This document shows, one piece after another, positions 19,432 through 28,299 of a DNA stretch of 43,410 nt. The notes under the pieces were generated by a model that saw only the letters and a list, made by a program, of their open reading frames with translations, was not told where the DNA came from and did no database searches. Position 1 is the first letter of the stretch; every line of letters begins with the position of its first letter. The translations under genes and the position numbers were made by a program. Location of the stretch: the IMG/VR virus record IMGVR_UViG_3300017778_005264, positions 1-43,410 of that record; one strand, 5' to 3'. This DNA is from a virus (lineage: Duplodnaviria > Caudoviricetes).

Positions 19432-19720
19432 GCCATACAAAGACAAAGCTTTTCTATACGAAATGTATGTGAAGCGAAGGATGAATCTGACTGACATTTG
19501 TAAGCATCTTCAAAAGACTTACAGCATTGAAGTAACCCCGCAGGCAATTTACAACTGGGTAAAGAAGTATGACCTTTTAAAGTTTCGGGGAAAGGGTCGG
19601 AATCTTTCTGCCACCAGTATGAGAAGGCCTCAGTCTGAAGCTCAGAAGGCTGCTGGTCAAAGAAAAAGAGAAATGCAAAAAAGAATGCGACAGAGAAAAA
19701 AGGAGACTAGAGGAAAATGA
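19418..19720 (+). CDS. Basic HTH DNA-binding protein
   Basis: FLYEMYV...TDICK...VTPQAIYNWVKKY with a K/R-rich tail. Confidence 0.6.
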   Translation: MMQSEPYKDKAFLYEMYVKRRMNLTDICKHLQKTYSIEVTPQAIYNWVKKYDLLKFRGKGRNLSATSMRRPQSEAQKAAGQRKREMQKRMRQRKKETRGK

Positions 19721-20472
19721 GAAGATCGGTGGCTGTAAAAGACATAACAAGTTTTGCCAAGCTTGATATGATTTATAATCAAATTCGGGTGATTGAAGCC
19801 AAGCAAAACGCTACTCAGCACAAGTGTCTAGGCTCCGGCAATTGCTGCAAGATTGGGCTGAATATTCACTTAGCAGAGTGTGCAAATATAGCATTTAAAA
19901 TTCGTCAGCAATACTATTTGGTTCTTGAAGACAAGGGCTCTGAAGCAGCTGATAAATGGATTGATGGTATCGTTGGTGATCTGAAAGAAGCAATGCTTGA
20001 TACTGACTGGAAAATTGGTGGAGAGACAACAAGGCACTGCGCGTTTTATAAGGGGGGATGCACGATATATGGTTATCGGCCAATGGTGTGTCGCACATTT
20101 GGAACCATCACGCCTGTTGATGATTCCTGTCCAAGAATTAGAAATGCTACTGGCAGCATTGACTATTTTGGTGGCGATGGGGTGAAGAGGGTAATCACTG
20201 CGTTCCAGGATTTTTTGAAAGAATACACCTCTGACAAGGATGAAGGGTATGACATGGTTGTTTATATGCCACTTGGCGTTCTGAGTTTCCTACTTACAAC
20301 AGAGGAATTGATTGATCTTGAAAAAACAACAGACCCCAAGTTTTGGAAGGCTGTTCAGGGCTGGTTTAACTATAGAGTTGAATATGTCAAGATGCACGGT
20401 CATGACTATGATAAACTTAATTCGGAAGCAAAAGCGGTTGGAGTTGAGCTAAGGTTTCCTAAAAATTCATAG
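19717..20472 (+). CDS. YkgJ/FliB-like cysteine-cluster (Fe-S or Zn) protein
   Basis: CLGSGNCC...E...CAFYKGGCTIYGYRPMVCRTFG...C. Confidence 0.75.
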   Translation: MRRSVAVKDITSFAKLDMIYNQIRVIEAKQNATQHKCLGSGNCCKIGLNIHLAECANIAFKIRQQYYLVLEDKGSEAADKWIDGIVGDLKEAMLDTDWKIGGETTRHCAFYKGGCTIYGYRPMVCRTFGTITPVDDSCPRIRNATGSIDYFGGDGVKRVITAFQDFLKEYTSDKDEGYDMVVYMPLGVLSFLLTTEELIDLEKTTDPKFWKAVQGWFNYRVEYVKMHGHDYDKLNSEAKAVGVELRFPKNS

Positions 20473-20480
20473 AGGTAAAA

Positions 20481-21056
20481 GTGTCAGATAACGAAATTGC
20501 CTTAGGGCAAGAAGTAGAATTAGTTCAAAGAACAATCCTTGACGAACTGGCTGATATTGAGCAGGCCGGTCTTTTGCATGTAAAGGGTTATTCAATTCAC
20601 GAAATCAGTTCCTTAGTCAATGCAAGCATTGATAAGACCAAGAGCATGATTCAGGAATACAGAAAGATTCTTAATCGTCAGGCAGAGTCGGATCCATATT
20701 TTCTTGAAAAAATTCAATTTAATACAATCAAGGCCTTGCAGGAGTTTGATCAATTAAGTAAGGAAGCCTGGGAGACGATTAACATCGCCACAGACCACGG
20801 TATGGTGCCAGCAAGAATCCAAGCAATTAAATTGGCAGCAGAGGTTGCCACTAAGAAAGCCCAACTCCACAAACTAATGGGTGGGAATCAGGCAGACGCT
20901 CAGTATATTTCACGAATGCAGAAGGCTGAAAATGTTAATCAAATACTATCAAAAATACTTAGGGATGTAATATCCCAGCATCCACACATAGCCGAAGAGG
21001 TTCGTGCACAGCTGGAGATTGCATTCGAGATTATGGACGTGGAAGGCGCGAACTAA
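20481..21056 (+). CDS. Probable terminase small subunit
   Basis: N-terminal HTH-like segment (GYSIHEISSLV), helical body, directly upstream of TerL. Confidence 0.55.
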   Translation: MSDNEIALGQEVELVQRTILDELADIEQAGLLHVKGYSIHEISSLVNASIDKTKSMIQEYRKILNRQAESDPYFLEKIQFNTIKALQEFDQLSKEAWETINIATDHGMVPARIQAIKLAAEVATKKAQLHKLMGGNQADAQYISRMQKAENVNQILSKILRDVISQHPHIAEEVRAQLEIAFEIMDVEGAN

Positions 21057-21117
21057 AGAGACGGATTATGGCCACCATAAAGTCCCTGTAAAGAGACGGA
21101 AAGTGATCCCCATAAAG
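21054..21117. repeat. Two 35-bp-period direct repeats TAAAGAGACGGA-N9-CCATAAAG
   Basis: Blocks at 21054/21075 and 21089/21110. Confidence 0.8.
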
Positions 21118-21151
21118 GTGTAAATCTAACCCTGTCAGCGCTTTTCTTCCG

Positions 21152-21202
21152 TGTAAGATTAGTAAATCTGTAAGATTACGTAATTTGTAACATTACGAGA
21201 TT
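21152..21202. repeat. Three 17-bp-period repeats with a GTAA-N2-TTAC core
   Basis: GTAAGATTAG 21153, GTAAGATTAC 21170, GTAACATTAC 21187. Confidence 0.75.
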
Positions 21203-21241
21203 GGAACATTTGATAAATAGTGTACAATAGGAAAGGTAAAA

Positions 21242-22972
21242 ATGTCGGATTTTCTCGGATTAAATTTAAATTTTAATGATTTTGATCGTCTATTGCGTCA
21301 GGATGATCTTGTGGAAACACCTGTGCCAATTCAAACATTTGTGCAGGATAAAAAGTATTTGGGATTGCCTCCATTATCAGAAATACAAGCGGAAATAGTT
21401 AAGCACAGTACTCAAATATTTAAAGAAAAGACACTGATAGCCATACACGGGGAGAAAGAAGGGAGTGAACTATACGCTAAATATACAGACAATGAAGTAA
21501 TATGCATGCTAGGCAAAGGTTCAGGTAAAGATCATTGTGCAAGAATTTCAATGGCTTATACTGCCTACCTACTCCATTGTTTAAGGGATCCGCTAAATTA
21601 TTATGGCAAAGCCCATGGAGTATATATAGATATGCTAAACCTGGCCGTAAATGCCCAGCAAGCTCAAAGAGTATTTTTTGAGCCTTTAAAAAACTTATTG
21701 TTGGCATCTCCATATTTTAATGAAGTTGGATTTGAGCCGCGAGTTTCAGAAATCTTTTTCTTTTCAAGACCAGTAAGATGTTTTTCAGGTCATTCTGAAA
21801 GTGAAGGTTGGGAAGGTTATGAGGTATTGACTGTGATATTGGATGAAATTGCAGCTTTTAAAACAGATGCGGAATTAAAAGGGGATACGAGATCTAAAGG
21901 TTCTGCTTCAGCAATTTATAATATGAGTAAGCTATCGGTTATGTCGCGTTTTCCAGAAGTAGGTAAAGTAATTCTTTTGTCATTCCCCCGGTATAAAGGA
22001 GACTTTATTGAGCAAAGATATTATGGTGCTCGAGAAAAGAAAGAGCCAAAAACTTGGTTTATTAAAGCTGCAACTTGGGAAGTAAATCCAACAATTAAGA
22101 GAGAACAATTGGAATCTGAATATATTAGGAATCCAGTTGAAGCCGCGGCAAGATTTGAATGTAATCCGCCGAATATGGAAGACGCTTATTTTAGAGATCC
22201 GGAATTGGTTAGGAAAGCCTTTACTTATGGAGAAAATCCAATTAACGAAGATGGTACATTTAAAAATTGGTTTAATGGTACAGATCAGCATGTAAGATTT
22301 ATTCACATTGACTTAGCTCTTAAAAGAGATAGAGCGGCGTTAGCATTAGTGCATGCACCGGGATTAGCAGAAGTGAAAACATTAAATGGTGTAGAAAAGC
22401 TTCCAGTGGTAAATGTTGATTTGGTTTATTCTTGGGAGGCCGGTAATAATGAAGAAATCAATTTCTCCAGCATCCGGCAAATGATCATTGATTTATGTAG
22501 AAAATTTGATGTAGCCAAGGTTACATTTGACAGATGGCAATCAATTGAAATGATTCAAAGCCTTAGATCAATGTCAATCAATGCAGATTTCCACAGCGTA
22601 AAGAAAACAGATTATGATACATTAACATCTGCAATATATGATGGAAGATTGCGTGGATATTGGAATGAGTTATTGGTTGAAGAAGAGCTTCTAAAGTTAC
22701 GTTTGTTTTCAAACAATAAAATAGATCATCCATCAAGAGGGTCAAAAGACTTAGCCGATGCTATTGCTGGATCTGTGTATAGCTGTATTGAAAATATTGC
22801 CGTAAGTGGTGAGATTGAAATCGAGTTATTGCAGCCGGATAAATGGTATGAAATTAATGAAGAAATGCCTGATTTTGGAACTGTGTCAGTGTATAATGGT
22901 GGGGCAGGAAAGTTCACACCTGGATATTCAGAAAAGAAAACAGAGGTAAATCCATGGCTAGAAACATTGTAG
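21242..22972 (+). CDS. terL: Terminase large subunit
   Basis: Walker A GKGSGKD, Walker B ILDE, LLSFPR, nuclease HIDLA, FDRWQS, KDLADA. Preceded by TACAAT (21223) and SD GGAAAGG. Confidence 0.9.
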   Translation: MSDFLGLNLNFNDFDRLLRQDDLVETPVPIQTFVQDKKYLGLPPLSEIQAEIVKHSTQIFKEKTLIAIHGEKEGSELYAKYTDNEVICMLGKGSGKDHCARISMAYTAYLLHCLRDPLNYYGKAHGVYIDMLNLAVNAQQAQRVFFEPLKNLLLASPYFNEVGFEPRVSEIFFFSRPVRCFSGHSESEGWEGYEVLTVILDEIAAFKTDAELKGDTRSKGSASAIYNMSKLSVMSRFPEVGKVILLSFPRYKGDFIEQRYYGAREKKEPKTWFIKAATWEVNPTIKREQLESEYIRNPVEAAARFECNPPNMEDAYFRDPELVRKAFTYGENPINEDGTFKNWFNGTDQHVRFIHIDLALKRDRAALALVHAPGLAEVKTLNGVEKLPVVNVDLVYSWEAGNNEEINFSSIRQMIIDLCRKFDVAKVTFDRWQSIEMIQSLRSMSINADFHSVKKTDYDTLTSAIYDGRLRGYWNELLVEEELLKLRLFSNNKIDHPSRGSKDLADAIAGSVYSCIENIAVSGEIEIELLQPDKWYEINEEMPDFGTVSVYNGGAGKFTPGYSEKKTEVNPWLETL

Positions 22973-23121
22973 AAGAGACTACGGCTTCGGCTGAAGAAAT
23001 TGCTGCCGTTTTGTCGGCAGAATTGCAAAAAGCCGTGGTTTCTATAATTGCCCTGAATATTGAGAACGGCAAACTAAGGCAACAACTTAAAGAACTGACT
23101 GAGAATACGACTCGTAATTAA
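22954..23121 (+). CDS. Small coiled-coil protein (55 aa, below ORF-track cutoff)
   Basis: SD GAGG. MARNIVEETTASAEEIAAVLSAELQKAVVSIIALNIENGKLRQQLKELTENTTRN*. Confidence 0.55.
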   Translation: MARNIVEETTASAEEIAAVLSAELQKAVVSIIALNIENGKLRQQLKELTENTTRN

Positions 23122-23235
23122 ATAAATTTTAAAAAAAATGCGTTTTATCCCCTGTGTGGGGTTTTTGTCTGCTACTGTTCTTCTTGTTGGCAATTCCGCC
23201 AGCATCAAACCATAAAGAAGATACGGAGAAAAAAA

Positions 23236-23571
23236 ATGGCAATTCAAATGAATAAAGTTGAGGATTTTCCTGAAATTACAAGATCAGGAAAGCAGTCAGA
23301 AGATCTGCAAGCAATTGTTAGTGCTTTGCATGAATCTGCAAGTAGCGGACAAAAGTTTAGCCTATTTGTTGAACCAGGTAATGCATATAATTCAATGCAG
23401 CAGAGAATTCGTGCTCAGGCTAAAAAATTCGGTTACAAAATCATTATCCGTTATGATTCAGTAAAGAAGGAACTTTTCTTCAAAGCAAATCGTGGTGGTA
23501 ATGCTTTCGTCACAGTTAACGAAGCCCCTTCGTTGAAGAATAAAGTTACGACTGCGGTAAAGGGTAAGTAA
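23236..23571 (+). CDS. Hypothetical basic protein
   Basis: 111 aa, SD GGAG, followed by a strong terminator. Confidence 0.7.
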   Translation: MAIQMNKVEDFPEITRSGKQSEDLQAIVSALHESASSGQKFSLFVEPGNAYNSMQQRIRAQAKKFGYKIIIRYDSVKKELFFKANRGGNAFVTVNEAPSLKNKVTTAVKGK

Positions 23572-23600
23572 TTAAAAGTTAAAAAATATTTATATTTTTC

Positions 23601-23630
23601 AAGGTGGGGCGAAAGCCCCACCTTTTTTTT
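23601..23630 (+). terminator. Rho-independent terminator
   Basis: AAGGTGGGGC-GAAA-GCCCCACCTT followed by a T run. Confidence 0.9.
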
Positions 23631-23644
23631 GCTATAATAGAAGT
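23630..23644 (+). promoter_or_regulatory. Extended -10 promoter, leaderless
   Basis: TG-C-TATAAT (hexamer 23633-23638), ATG at 23645. Confidence 0.6.
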
Positions 23645-24460
23645 ATGTTGTCAACAGAAAAACAAAATATTGAGATTAGTCCTGATTCAATTAGTAAATG
23701 GTGTCCAATGATTGGAGTGCCTTGTTACAATAGAGAATTGACTGAACCTTTTATGATGTCATTGATTTCGTCAGTTTTGTACTTTAAGCAGATAGGAATG
23801 AAATTTGGTATTAGTACGATTAGTGATTCACTTATTAACCGGGCTAGAAATAACGTTGTTGCCAAGTTTATGGCTCATGAGCAGTTCACACATTTGATGT
23901 TTATTGACGCAGACATTAAATTTACGTCTGGTGATATTTTAAAGCTTTTGTGGCACGATAAGGATATTATTACTGGAGCATATCCGATTAAAGAGATCAA
24001 TTGGCAAAGGGTTGAGAAGATGGTCAAAGATGGGGTTCCCGCAGCGGAATTGGCAAAGAAATCCACTAGATTTGTTGTAAATCCAGTAAAGGCCGGTAGT
24101 AATAGCATTAAAGCAGATAATGGTGCTTTATCTATTTATGATGCCGGAACAGGTTTTATGTGCATCAAAAGAGAAGTATTTACCCAGATGTTTGAGCATT
24201 ACCCAGAATTAAAATTTAAAGATGATACGGGTAGCTTGAAGGATAAAGAACTTGACAACACATATGCTTTATTCAATTCCTATGTCGATGAAGATACAAA
24301 AAGGTTTTTATCTGAGGATTATGGATTCTGTAGGTATTGGCAAAAAATGGGTAAAGACATTTGGGTTGATCCGGCAATTGAATTGTCTCATTTTGGTGGC
24401 TTTACATATGAAGGTAGCCTAATGGAATACATTATTGAAATTTCCAAAAACGCTTCCTAG
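23645..24460 (+). CDS. GT-A fold glycosyltransferase-like protein
   Basis: GVPCY, SLINRARN, THLMFIDADI (DxD), AGTGFMCIKREVF, SEDYGFC. Confidence 0.8.
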   Translation: MLSTEKQNIEISPDSISKWCPMIGVPCYNRELTEPFMMSLISSVLYFKQIGMKFGISTISDSLINRARNNVVAKFMAHEQFTHLMFIDADIKFTSGDILKLLWHDKDIITGAYPIKEINWQRVEKMVKDGVPAAELAKKSTRFVVNPVKAGSNSIKADNGALSIYDAGTGFMCIKREVFTQMFEHYPELKFKDDTGSLKDKELDNTYALFNSYVDEDTKRFLSEDYGFCRYWQKMGKDIWVDPAIELSHFGGFTYEGSLMEYIIEISKNAS

Positions 24461-24537
24461 AATAGTTTCAGTATAAAGCTTGTGTAATGCTTTCTGAAAT
24501 ATACTAAAATTTGCTAAAATATTGGCTAAACGCCCGC

Positions 24538-24565
24538 CGTAATATTACAAAGTTGTAATGTTACG
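24538..24565. repeat. Inverted repeat containing two GTAA-N2-TTAC palindromes
   Basis: CGTAATATTACA-AAGT-TGTAATGTTACG, 11/12 complementary. Confidence 0.75.
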
Positions 24566-24747
24566 TGCCCCAACTGTTTTCGATCAGCTAATTCTTTAGC
24601 CGGGACTAAGTGTAATTCATTACATAATTTACCCCTTGTGTGCGACAATAGATCGACACTTTTTTCACCCCTTTCCCTGATCCAAAAGAAATCTAAGAAA
24701 TCTTATTTTTGAGGTTTTTTTTGAGTAGTTCGGGTGGTAGTCTGTTG

Positions 24748-24817
24748 AGACAAATGGCAACCCATTATCCAAGAATTACATCACAAATTGTGTTATGTAT
24801 TGGGTGGCTATTTGTCT
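24748..24817 (+). promoter_or_regulatory. Long hairpin in the leader of the accessory region
   Basis: AGACAAATGGCAACCCA pairs with TGGGTGGCTATTTGTCT. Preceded by TG-G-TAGTCT (hexamer 24738-24743). Confidence 0.5.
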
Positions 24818-24864
24818 ATTGTTATTTATCCGATAAAAAAACACATCAAAGAAAGGACTAGGCT

Positions 24865-25302
24865 ATGGATTTGACTATTTTTGACGCATTGGTTGGGTTA
24901 TCTCTCAAAGATAAAAAAACAGATTACGGCAAGGTTATGAAATTCGTAACTGTTGATAAAGACGGCAAAGTTATTGTTTATGCTGTGCTTTCATCTATGA
25001 CTGAGAGTGGCAAAAACAAAGCTATTACGCTCAAGTTTTTGTCTCAGTTATTGGCATCACAAAAGATTTTCCTTCGTCGCAAAGATGACGGTAAGTTTAT
25101 TGTTGTTGGTTATCCAGACGGTCACGCATACGCTAAAAAAGTATTTTCGTCTAAGGGAATAAATAGGTACACGATTATGGGTATCGGTTCAGGTATCAGT
25201 AATAGTGCGCGAATTGGTGATGAAGTGATAAACATTACTTCTCACGTTGCGTCTAATGAAAACACTAAAATCAACATCAAAAACATTAGGGAAGGGCAAT
25301 AA
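24865..25302 (+). CDS. Hypothetical basic protein
   Basis: 145 aa, SD GAAAGGA. Confidence 0.65.
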   Translation: MDLTIFDALVGLSLKDKKTDYGKVMKFVTVDKDGKVIVYAVLSSMTESGKNKAITLKFLSQLLASQKIFLRRKDDGKFIVVGYPDGHAYAKKVFSSKGINRYTIMGIGSGISNSARIGDEVINITSHVASNENTKINIKNIREGQ

Positions 25303-25304
25303 TT

Positions 25305-25661
25305 ATGACAAATGATCCAAATAAATTAGCTGAATTTGCTTACGAAGTGTTTGAGTTTGACCATACTTATTATTTTTCAGATGACCATAGAATTTGGAAA
25401 AGTGGAGAATTTGAAAAAGAAAGACTTTGTGAGCAGGCAAAAACTATGAATTTGTCTGTTGGCGATAAAATGTTTATGATTCAGTGTTTTGAAAATCTTT
25501 GGAATGATAATAAGTATCGTGAAACTGATGATACTTGGAATTTCATTGACGCTAATCATAAGATGTGGCCTTACAAAATAAGTATGTATTCTATTATTAA
25601 TGTAACAAAAGAAGATGCTATGTTTTTTCCAATCAATAACAACAACGAAAGGGTAAGCTAA
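25305..25661 (+). CDS. Hypothetical protein
   Basis: 118 aa; FDHTYYFSDDHRIWKSG motif. Confidence 0.65.
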   Translation: MTNDPNKLAEFAYEVFEFDHTYYFSDDHRIWKSGEFEKERLCEQAKTMNLSVGDKMFMIQCFENLWNDNKYRETDDTWNFIDANHKMWPYKISMYSIINVTKEDAMFFPINNNNERVS

Positions 25662-26062
25662 TGAACGAAGAAGAGATGAAAGCATTTGCTTTTCTAAATG
25701 ATGAGTCATCAGTTGATGATTTGGGTATGGTTATCTGTGAAGAAAGCGAATTAGATTTCCCACGTAAAAAGAAAAAGGTTGTAAAACCTTATTTTGATGG
25801 TGGTACTTATTTGACTAATTATCCAAATTTTCGTGATGGTTGGTCAAAGATTGATTTTGACTTTTATGCTTCACTTGTAACAATAAAAGTACAAAGGAAA
25901 AATCGTAAGAATGAAGTTGTTGTATTAGACGACATTGTAGAATTTCGTATGCTTCCTGTAAAAGAAGCAAATGAATTATGCGATCGACTATTTGCTATGG
26001 ATTACCTATTCGTTGTTTATGAAGGTGACGAGATAAGGAAGAAAGAAAATGACGGTAAATAA
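25661..26062 (+). CDS. Hypothetical protein
   Basis: 133 aa, TAATG coupling. Confidence 0.65.
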   Translation: MNEEEMKAFAFLNDESSVDDLGMVICEESELDFPRKKKKVVKPYFDGGTYLTNYPNFRDGWSKIDFDFYASLVTIKVQRKNRKNEVVVLDDIVEFRMLPVKEANELCDRLFAMDYLFVVYEGDEIRKKENDGK

Positions 26063-26255
26063 TAACTTTTCATCCGGCCTAAAAAAACAACTTCTCAATG
26101 AACTTGAAAATTTAACTAGCCCAATGGACATTCCATTGACTCGACAAAAAGATCCGCATTGGCTATTACATTTTTTAGAGATGAACAATACTGATCACAA
26201 AAATACCAAGAAAATACTACAAATTTGTAGATTTATAATCTCAAAGGAACAGTAA
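26049..26255 (+). CDS. Hypothetical protein
   Basis: 68 aa, overlaps neighbours in operon fashion. Confidence 0.55.
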   Translation: MTVNNNFSSGLKKQLLNELENLTSPMDIPLTRQKDPHWLLHFLEMNNTDHKNTKKILQICRFIISKEQ

Positions 26256-26320
26256 TGAATATTTATGGTTTTATGGCATTTTTATTACTCGTAGTATTGC
26301 TTACAGTATTTGACTCATAA
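26255..26320 (+). CDS. 21-aa hydrophobic micropeptide
   Basis: SD AAAGGA, TAATG coupling. MNIYGFMAFLLLVVLLTVFDS*. Confidence 0.45.
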   Translation: MNIYGFMAFLLLVVLLTVFDS

Positions 26321-26356
26321 TAGCAATAATAATAATCCCTAGCGAAAGGAAAAGCA

Positions 26357-26578
26357 ATGGCAAAATGCATTTATTGCAATAACGAATACATTGAAGAAAG
26401 AAAAAAAGCCGGCTATGACTATTGTTTAGCAGATAGTTGCCACAAAATAGGTCTTGATCTATTGCATAGAGATTGGCTAAAAGATCATACCGTCGCTTTG
26501 CTTCACAAATGTAATTACTTCTGGGTCAGAAAATCAGAACTCAAAAGTCTAAATGTCCGAGCTGATTTAGATAGGTAA
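26357..26578 (+). CDS. Small Zn-finger protein (DksA/TraR-like C4 pattern)
   Basis: CIYC...ER...GYDYCL...C; SD GAAAGGA. Confidence 0.6.
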   Translation: MAKCIYCNNEYIEERKKAGYDYCLADSCHKIGLDLLHRDWLKDHTVALLHKCNYFWVRKSELKSLNVRADLDR

Positions 26579-26581
26579 GTT

Positions 26582-26965
26582 ATGACACTAGAAACAGATA
26601 AGCAAAATGGTTGGTACAAATGTTCATCTTGTGATGAACCTGTAAAACCGGTGTTTTGGGGAAAAGATAACAATTGGAATGGCTTTACCCTAAAACAAGT
26701 CAATTACGGTTTGTATTTCAAAATCTATGGTGGGTATGCTGAATTTTTTGATACTAATTTTGATACTTTTAATGATGAGCAACCACTTGAAGTTTTGCTT
26801 TGCCATAGCTGTTCAGTAAAAGTAATGAAAATTATTGACCCAAAACTCACGCAGAAAGGTGGACATCCATCAATAAATGAAGATGGCACTAACTGTTGTG
26901 ATTGGAGTTTTGTTCCAGAAAGTATGAAAAACCAAACAAACAAGGAAGGTGAATTCAATGAGTAA
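26582..26965 (+). CDS. Cys-rich hypothetical protein
   Basis: CSSC...GGYAEFFD...LCHSC. Confidence 0.6.
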   Translation: MTLETDKQNGWYKCSSCDEPVKPVFWGKDNNWNGFTLKQVNYGLYFKIYGGYAEFFDTNFDTFNDEQPLEVLLCHSCSVKVMKIIDPKLTQKGGHPSINEDGTNCCDWSFVPESMKNQTNKEGEFNE

Positions 26966-27113
26966 GAAACATTGGCAAAATTGGCAATACGCTACTACAA
27001 AAGAAGTATTAGCAGTTCACGAAGTAATTGAACCATACGATTGGGAATTGGATTCAAAATTTAATCCAGCTTTCGATTTATGGGAAAAAATGTTCCATCA
27101 AAAGATGGACTAA
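26958..27113 (+). CDS. Small hypothetical protein (51 aa)
   Basis: SD AAGGAAGG; fills the gap between neighbours. Confidence 0.5.
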   Translation: MSKKHWQNWQYATTKEVLAVHEVIEPYDWELDSKFNPAFDLWEKMFHQKMD

Positions 27114-27137
27114 CGGGAAACCAAAAGGAAAAAAAAC

Positions 27138-27596
27138 ATGAAAAATAACATTAATGCTGATAGATTAAAAGAAGTATCAGAATATATTTTTTCTGATACA
27201 ATGTCTATGCGAAACCTCAAAAAAGCAACATTGGTTGGTATCAAATTTGTTGATGATCAAATCATCTGCAATAAAATTAGTGAAAATGGAGATGTTTATA
27301 ATCTCATTTCAGAAATTCCAATGTTTCAAAATGCAGTTAAGAATTTTGATATGATAAGTGTTCTAACTGCTGGTTGGGCTGCGCCTGTAAGTGATGATGA
27401 TAATGATGAAATTGCTCCATCACAACATAAGGATAGACGTAGAGTTGTGCTTGCCCTTAACGGTAATTCAACAACTCAATATTCAACAGTTATGTCGTTT
27501 GATGATGAGAAATCTGAAAAGATTTACATGGAAAATGAAGGACAAGGATCATTAAAAGAAGAATTCATTAATGCTATGGAATTGATTGGATGGTGA
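27138..27596 (+). CDS. Hypothetical protein
   Basis: 152 aa; GWAAP...PSQHKDRRRV motif; SD AAAGGA. Confidence 0.7.
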   Translation: MKNNINADRLKEVSEYIFSDTMSMRNLKKATLVGIKFVDDQIICNKISENGDVYNLISEIPMFQNAVKNFDMISVLTAGWAAPVSDDDNDEIAPSQHKDRRRVVLALNGNSTTQYSTVMSFDDEKSEKIYMENEGQGSLKEEFINAMELIGW

Positions 27597-27603
27597 CAAG
27601 TCA

Positions 27604-28299
27604 ATGACATTTGTTTATTCAGAAAATCTAATTAAATGTGCAACTGACGGATTACAAAAACCAAGCGATTTTGGTTATTTTGGGCCAGAAGATATGTTTG
27701 AAACTTGGGGTTTTTGTGGAATTGACAAAAATCGTGATTCAAGTTCATTAGATATTAGCAATTTTGAATGTATTTCATCAGAACTATTAGCAAAATTTCC
27801 TAATGATTTCAGAATAGAAACCTATAATCATTGGGCTGTTGGAAGTGTCACAAGAATGGTCTGTAGAATTTTGCATCATAAAGGTGAAATCTCAGATAAA
27901 AATATAACTGATGCTTTCAAAAAAGCTATGAAATGTCTTGATGATTTGACAGACTATCCTGTATGGAATGAATACGACTATTCAGAAAGGAAGTTTGAAG
28001 ACAATGTTCGGGATTTACACGTCTCAAATGCTGCGAATTTAATTAATCAATCCGACAGCAATTGGGCTGTTGATATCGTATTAAAAATGTATGATAACGG
28101 TATTGACTGGGATCCAGAAACAGAAACAGCAAGTGATGATGATATTTTAATTGCTGCGTATCAATTAAAGCTATGGAATCAAGAATGTCAAGAGCAATGG
28201 TTTGAATGGGCCGATAAGAATAAGGTTCCAAGACCACCTTTTGATTTAGAAAGTATTTCTTATTGGAACAATGATCAAGGAAGGTTATTCAATGCCTAA
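27604..28299 (+). CDS. Hypothetical acidic protein
   Basis: SNF...HWAVG...L.DYPV motifs. ATG 27604 preferred over the upstream TTG. Confidence 0.7.
   Translation: MTFVYSENLIKCATDGLQKPSDFGYFGPEDMFETWGFCGIDKNRDSSSLDISNFECISSELLAKFPNDFRIETYNHWAVGSVTRMVCRILHHKGEISDKNITDAFKKAMKCLDDLTDYPVWNEYDYSERKFEDNVRDLHVSNAANLINQSDSNWAVDIVLKMYDNGIDWDPETETASDDDILIAAYQLKLWNQECQEQWFEWADKNKVPRPPFDLESISYWNNDQGRLFNA

Noticed and set aside
21054-21117. Mini CRISPR array
   Set aside because: Only two units, with 9-nt variable segments that are too short to be spacers.
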